From assembly GCA_054600435.1 (NCBI GenBank), contig BAAIJX010000009.1:186001-250000 (forward strand): DNA of 64,000 bases. Direction: 5' to 3'. The notes under the pieces were generated by a model. That model saw only the letters and a list, made by a program, of their open reading frames with translations. It did no database searches and was not told the DNA's origin. A program made the position numbers and the translations under genes. Below, in pieces: positions 59,224 through 64,000 of this stretch. Origin of the DNA: Neophaeotheca triangularis (Eukaryota). Positions within the stretch are counted from its first letter, which is position 1; every line of letters begins with the position of its first letter.

Positions 59224-61627
59224 ATGAAGCTTTCCAACCAGTCTTCGGTGCCTGTTTACACCATCTCCGGTGCCGACACCGCCAGACCACTCCCGGAATG
59301 GCTCGCGCGCAAAAGGAAGCGAAGCCTCAAGCAAGACGCCGAGTATGCGAACAGGATCGAGTTATTGCAGGATTTCGAGTTTGAGGAGGCCAGCAACTGC
59401 GTACGAGTTAGCGCAGATGGCGAATGGGTCATGAGCACTGGTAGGTGTAGACTCTTGACATTCCAAAAGGCCTCCAAGCTGATCGCTAACAGGCTGAGTA
59501 GGCACGTACAAGCCTCAGATGCATGTCCATTACTTGCCCCATCTTTCCCTTTCGTATTCGAGGCATACAAATACTGTCAACGAGACCTTCATACTACTTT
59601 CGGAGGATTACAGCAAAAGCTTGCATTTGCAGACCGACCGATTTCTGGAATTCCACACGCCTGGCGGACTACATTACAGCACGCGGATACCGCGATATGG
59701 AAGGGATCTTGTATACGACAAACGTAATGCCGAAGCTTTGGTGCCTTCTGTGGGAGTCAACGAGGATGGTAACGGTGAGGTATTCAGGTTGAACCTTGAG
59801 CTTGGAAGGTTCATGAAGGGATACCAGGTTGATGTGGGTGGCGACGACTTCGAATCTATGGGAGGAGGTGCTTTGCAGGGTGGGATAAGGGCTGGCGCGG
59901 TCAACTGTGCGGCGGTTGCAGAGCAAAGTCACGGGCTTGCTGCCTTTGGGACATCGCTGGGCACGGTAGAATTCTGGGACAGCAGATCCCGAAATCGAGT
60001 GAGCGCACTTGGGCCACCAACGTCTTTACTCGACTCTGGCGACGACGAAAGACCTGGAATTACAGCTCTCGATTTCCATCCATCCGGCCTCCAATTTGCG
60101 ACAGGCGCTTCGAACGGTATCATACATACCTACGACATGCGGTCTCCAGTGCCACTTCTCAAGAAGGATCAAGGGTACTCTTATCCAATTAAGCAGTTGC
60201 AATACCTAACACCTACCACACGAACGGCGAGCTCGCTGTCAACAGAGAAGATCATGTCCGCAGACAAGCGTGTCATCAAGATATGGGATGCAGAGTCTGG
60301 GGACCCATGGACCGCAGTGGAGCCCGCGGTCGATCTGAACCATGTCGAGTGGTGCAAAGATAGTGGCATGCTGCTCACCGCAAACGAGGGCCGGCAGCAA
60401 CATTCCTTCTTTATACCACAGCTAGGACCTGCTCCACGATGGTGCAGTTTCCTCGACAACCTAGTGGAAGAGATGGCAGAAGACAGCGCGGACCCAAGCG
60501 CTTACTCTGGCGGTGCCGCCAACGGAGGAGTAGGAGAAGTGTACGATAACTACAAGTTCGTGGACCAGAAGCAACTGCGCGATCTCAACCTTGATCACCT
60601 TGTGGGTACAACGAGTCTTTTGAGACCATATATGCACGGTTTCTTCGTAGCGCAGAAGCTATACGAGCAGGCGCGCCTGATCAGCAACCCAGAAGTGTTC
60701 GAGGAACAACGCACCAAGAGCGTACAACAAAAGATCGACAAGGAGCGGGAGAGCAGGATCAGAGGCAACAAGAAGGTAGCAGTCAAGGTAAACAGGAGAC
60801 TAGCAGAGAAGATGGCAATGCGCGAAGAAGCGAACGAGAAGCGGAAAGCACAACGAGTTCTGCGACAAGGCGGCGACGAGCTCCCGGCGGCCGAAACTGC
60901 AGAGGCAGAGGAGCCCGCCGCAGCCGACGAGGAAGAAGCGGAGCCGAAACCCACAAAGGGCCTTATGGGCGACGACCGTTTCCGCCGCCTCTTCGAAGAC
61001 GAAGAATTCGAAATCGACGAGAACAGCCGCGAATTCGCCATGCATAACCCCTCGACCGCCGTCGACGCCCCGGGCAACAAGAAACGAGGTCTTACAGCCG
61101 TGGAACAAGAAGCCCTTGACGACCGTCCTGGGTCATCGGCTTCTGAAGACTCAGACGAAGACGGTGACTCGGACGCAGCAGCCGAGACGCAAGCTCTGGA
61201 AGCACGTCAGCGAAGCCGCAAAGCCAATGCCATTGGCAACGGCGGCGGTGGCGCCAATGATAACAAGCGTATTGGCTCCTCTTCTTACAAAAGATCAGGC
61301 CATCAACCAAGAATGCAGGTCTCTTCGTCCGATCCGAAGGCGAACAAGAAAGCGCAGCTGCAGAAGCAGAACCGGTCTTTTGGGGAGTTGGCAGCGAAGG
61401 CGCCGGAGGGTGGGCGCAGGAAGGACAGTGGGAGAGGGGATGTCAGGGCTGGAGGTGCTGTGGGGGAGAAGGAGGTCACGTTTGCTCCCGCGGGTAAGGG
61501 GCAGAAGAAAGAGGGGAGGTTTGGAGGTGGCGGAGAGGGAGGTGGGAGGGATGGTCCTAGGGGCAAGGGCGGTAGGGACGGCAAGGACAGGAGGAGTGCT
61601 AGTGGGAACGTGTTCAGGCGGATGTGA
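59224..61627 (+). CDS. ENP2: Ribosome biogenesis protein Enp2/Nol10; exons 59224-59440 and 59502-61627
   Basis: RIELLQDFEF.EAS, spliced STGTYKPQ, RIPRYGRDL, FIPQLGPAPRWCSFLDNLVEE, YDNYKF, LLRPYMHGFF, D.RF..LFE...F.IDE. Confidence 0.95.
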
Positions 61628-62039
61628 GAGGACGCGGATGGGTCAATAATGTGCTGGTGTGTATTTTATGACATGGATCTCTTGATAGTTGTGCAGGTCA
61701 CTCCGCGTTTCAATCACCGCCAGTTGCCGTAAGCAGCACCTGGCGCGGCATCCCAACAGCACTTTTTGAGAGGGAGTCCCAATTCCGTCCAATGAGCTAC
61801 AGCTACACCCGACGAGATGAGGTGGGGGGCGGGGGGCTATATCCGCTCTAGCAGTGTACATAAGTTGAGTGCACACGCCTCTACCAGAAGTCCAGAAGAG
61901 CTACGTCCCACCGGATATGTCGTACTACTACTGGCCTTTCAAGAAGCGAAATATCAAGCCTCCTCACGCGATTTCTTGATGACGCCTCCGTCATCACACC
62001 AAGACGGCTTGCGTGCCTTTGCCGGCTTGTCCTAGCCAA

Positions 62040-62840
62040 CTGCAAGTGGAGGCGTTCTTATCTCCACCTCTTATCGGCCTTGTAGTGCTTCTCCGCACCA
62101 CGCCAAGAGATTAGTGCTGCTAGCGTGGGCTAGGCGGAGACGACAAGTATGAACGAGGTCACTGACTTGTTAAGGCCGGTTTGGTCTACCCAGTGCATGG
62201 AGGGGTTTCTACGTCCATGTTGGGAGAGTTGCTACATTCTGATTCTCGAGGGTGTGTGTCTTCCAGGTTAGGTCGGCTGGCAATGCTCGGATCCGCCAAT
62301 ATCGCCAGGCATATCGTTCAATAATGACCGCCAGCTTACCAGCCGGAACCGGGAGTTGAATTCACCTCCTACCTAGGTACGAGCGCAGATCCACCACATG
62401 CACACATCGTGGCACCCGTGAGGCGTGCGAGCCGCTTGCGGCTTGACGGGAGTTTGGAGTCTCACCCCGGACCCTCCACAGAAACTGCCCGCGTCAAAAG
62501 AACGGGTCAGTGGGGCGCTTCTTTAAACAAATCACGACTTCTAGCTGCCTAATAGGGCAAGCCGGCTATTTATGCTCGTTGACCGGTGCTATCATATGGA
62601 GAGCATAACGAATTATATTTGCGTGACAACGAAGGCCGGCCAAGGATATGCTTGAGGCAGGCAAGGCCTGAGAACAAACAAATCTGGCGCCTGCACAAAT
62701 CCCATGAGGACACGAGCGGAATCGCATATTGCTGTACATGAGTACTTAGGATCGGCATAGACTCGTGCTCTACAGTGGGGCCACTAAGGGGCAATTGTCA
62801 TGACGGCGTGCAACGGTAAGGACATGTTGCGGGGATAAGA
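62040..62840 (+). promoter_or_regulatory. Cluster of SYGGRG (CreA/Mig1-type) sites upstream of the carboxylate transporter
   Basis: GTGGAG ~62046, CTCCAC ~62063 and ~62474, CTCCGC ~62091, GCGGAG ~62134, GTGGGG ~62510 and ~62775, GCGGGG ~62829. The motif is short and degenerate. Confidence 0.3.
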
Positions 62841-63064
62841 TGGATAATTATGGGGGTTCCATGTAGCAATGAAGCCAGAGGCTATGGTCCATGGAGCCAT
62901 AAAGTCACCCATCGGCCATCGCCCACGGCTCTGCGTATCTCCGTCGAGACACTTAAAGTCCCCTTTACATTTCCACAGCTGACAGCCTTTCCCTCGTTTT
63001 CTCCCTCTCTCCTGGACCCCGCCAGTTTGAACTCGGCTTACACAACCTTCATCCACCCACAGCC

Positions 63065-64000
63065 ATGGAGTCTACAGGCCAAACAGCAGAGCCCATTGCC
63101 GACGGCGCATGGGCAGTAGCAAAGCAATCTTTTGGCGACCTCTTCCGCTGGAAACAACGAGTTGAGATCCGCAACGAGTACGGCGAAGTGCGCACCGAAT
63201 GGCAAGTGCCCGTACGACTGAAGAACCCCATCTCGCTCTTCGCCCAACTCTCGCCGTCGGGATGGCTCTTCTTCATCGTCGGCTTTTGCGCTTGGACGGC
63301 AGACGCTTTTGACTTCCACGCTTTGTCGATCCAGACGGTCAAGCTGGCCGCATACTACAATCAAACGAATACGGCGATTAGTACGGCGATTACTCTTACG
63401 CTTCTTTTGAGGTCCGTTGGAGCGCTTTTCTTTGGAATTGCGGGAGACCGTTTTGGTAAGATATTATCTTGTACCCGTTGGGAAAGACTCCGCTCGCTAA
63501 CACTACATACCAGGTCGGAAATACCCCATGGTTCGTCGTCTCGCCTTCGCCGTTTGTGGAAGACTTGGCGCTTACTAACCCTAAAAAAGGTTATCAACAT
63601 GTTTGTTCTTGGATTGTTACAAATTGCCACGATCTATTCGAACACTTTCCAACAGTTTCTCGCTGTGAGAGCGCTCTTCGGCCTCTTCATGGGTGGTGTT
63701 TGTAAGCTACATGTCGTCACTAATGCGGTTAAATCAACCATGCTGACTTTTGGTAGATGGAAATGCCGTAGCCATGGCCCTGGAGAACTGCCCCATCGAA
63801 GCTCGCGGTATTATGAGCGGTATTCTCCAGCAAGGCTACTCGCTGGGCTACGTCCTCGCGGCATGCGCCAACCTGGGCGTCGGTGGTGAGGTGAATACCT
63901 GGAAGACTGTTTTCTGGATTGCTGCAGGACTGTCAATCGGGGTTGGATGCGTTCGACTATTATTCCCCGAATCCAAACAATTCAGGGAGTTAAAGAAGCA
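63065..64000 (+). CDS. JEN1: Jen1-like MFS carboxylate transporter, 3' end beyond the window; exons 63065-63455, 63514-63530, 63590-63701, 63757->64000
   Basis: W..DAFDF, ITLTLLLRSVGA..FG..GDRFGRKYP (spliced), FLAVRALFGLFMGGVYGNA...ALE..P...RG..SGILQQGYSLGY. Confidence 0.85.

Noticed and set aside
54218..61627. DCL2 as part of an RNAi or defence island
   Set aside because: Neighbours are ENP2 and GT2, with no Argonaute or RdRP nearby. Lack of PAZ is usual for fungal DCL2.
63575..63585. Telomere-like CTAACCCTAA
   Set aside because: It is the CTAAC branch site of JEN1 intron 2 and is a single copy.
1..64000. tRNA, rRNA, snRNA, CRISPR arrays, intact transposons, stwintrons
   Set aside because: None recognised by eye; all modelled introns are simple GT-AG. 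A covariance-model scan could still reveal small RNAs.

Overview
Intron-containing filamentous ascomycete DNA (Pezizomycotina; the gene style suggests a Dothideomycete, which is inference only). Introns are short GT-AG with CTRAY branch sites. The window holds about 19 recognisable, mostly housekeeping genes: a secreted GH130, SEC6, MRPL33, an RRM-only PPIE-like protein, SEC31, SSN6/CYC8, KRE6, an ACR-2-like Zn2Cys6 factor, a sugar-porter MFS, an Ldh_2 oxidoreductase, PHO91, a second MFS, RRG9, RGP1, a GH16, a GT2, Dicer-like 2, ENP2 and a partial JEN1. I found no intact transposon, tRNA, rRNA or CRISPR array. Best leads: (1) a 61-codon, protein-like, AUG-less extension of PHO91 starting at a CUG in strong context behind two uORFs; (2) repeated sharp C/A-rich to G/T-rich strand-skew inversions that are independent of gene orientation; (3) a 2.2-kb orphan reading frame with three isolated stops between SEC6 and GH130; (4) a structured, possibly non-coding RNA locus between SSN6 and KRE6; (5) a divergent GT2/GH16 pair; (6) a 17-nt microexon in JEN1. 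All gene models and family calls were made by eye and are unverified by search or transcript data.
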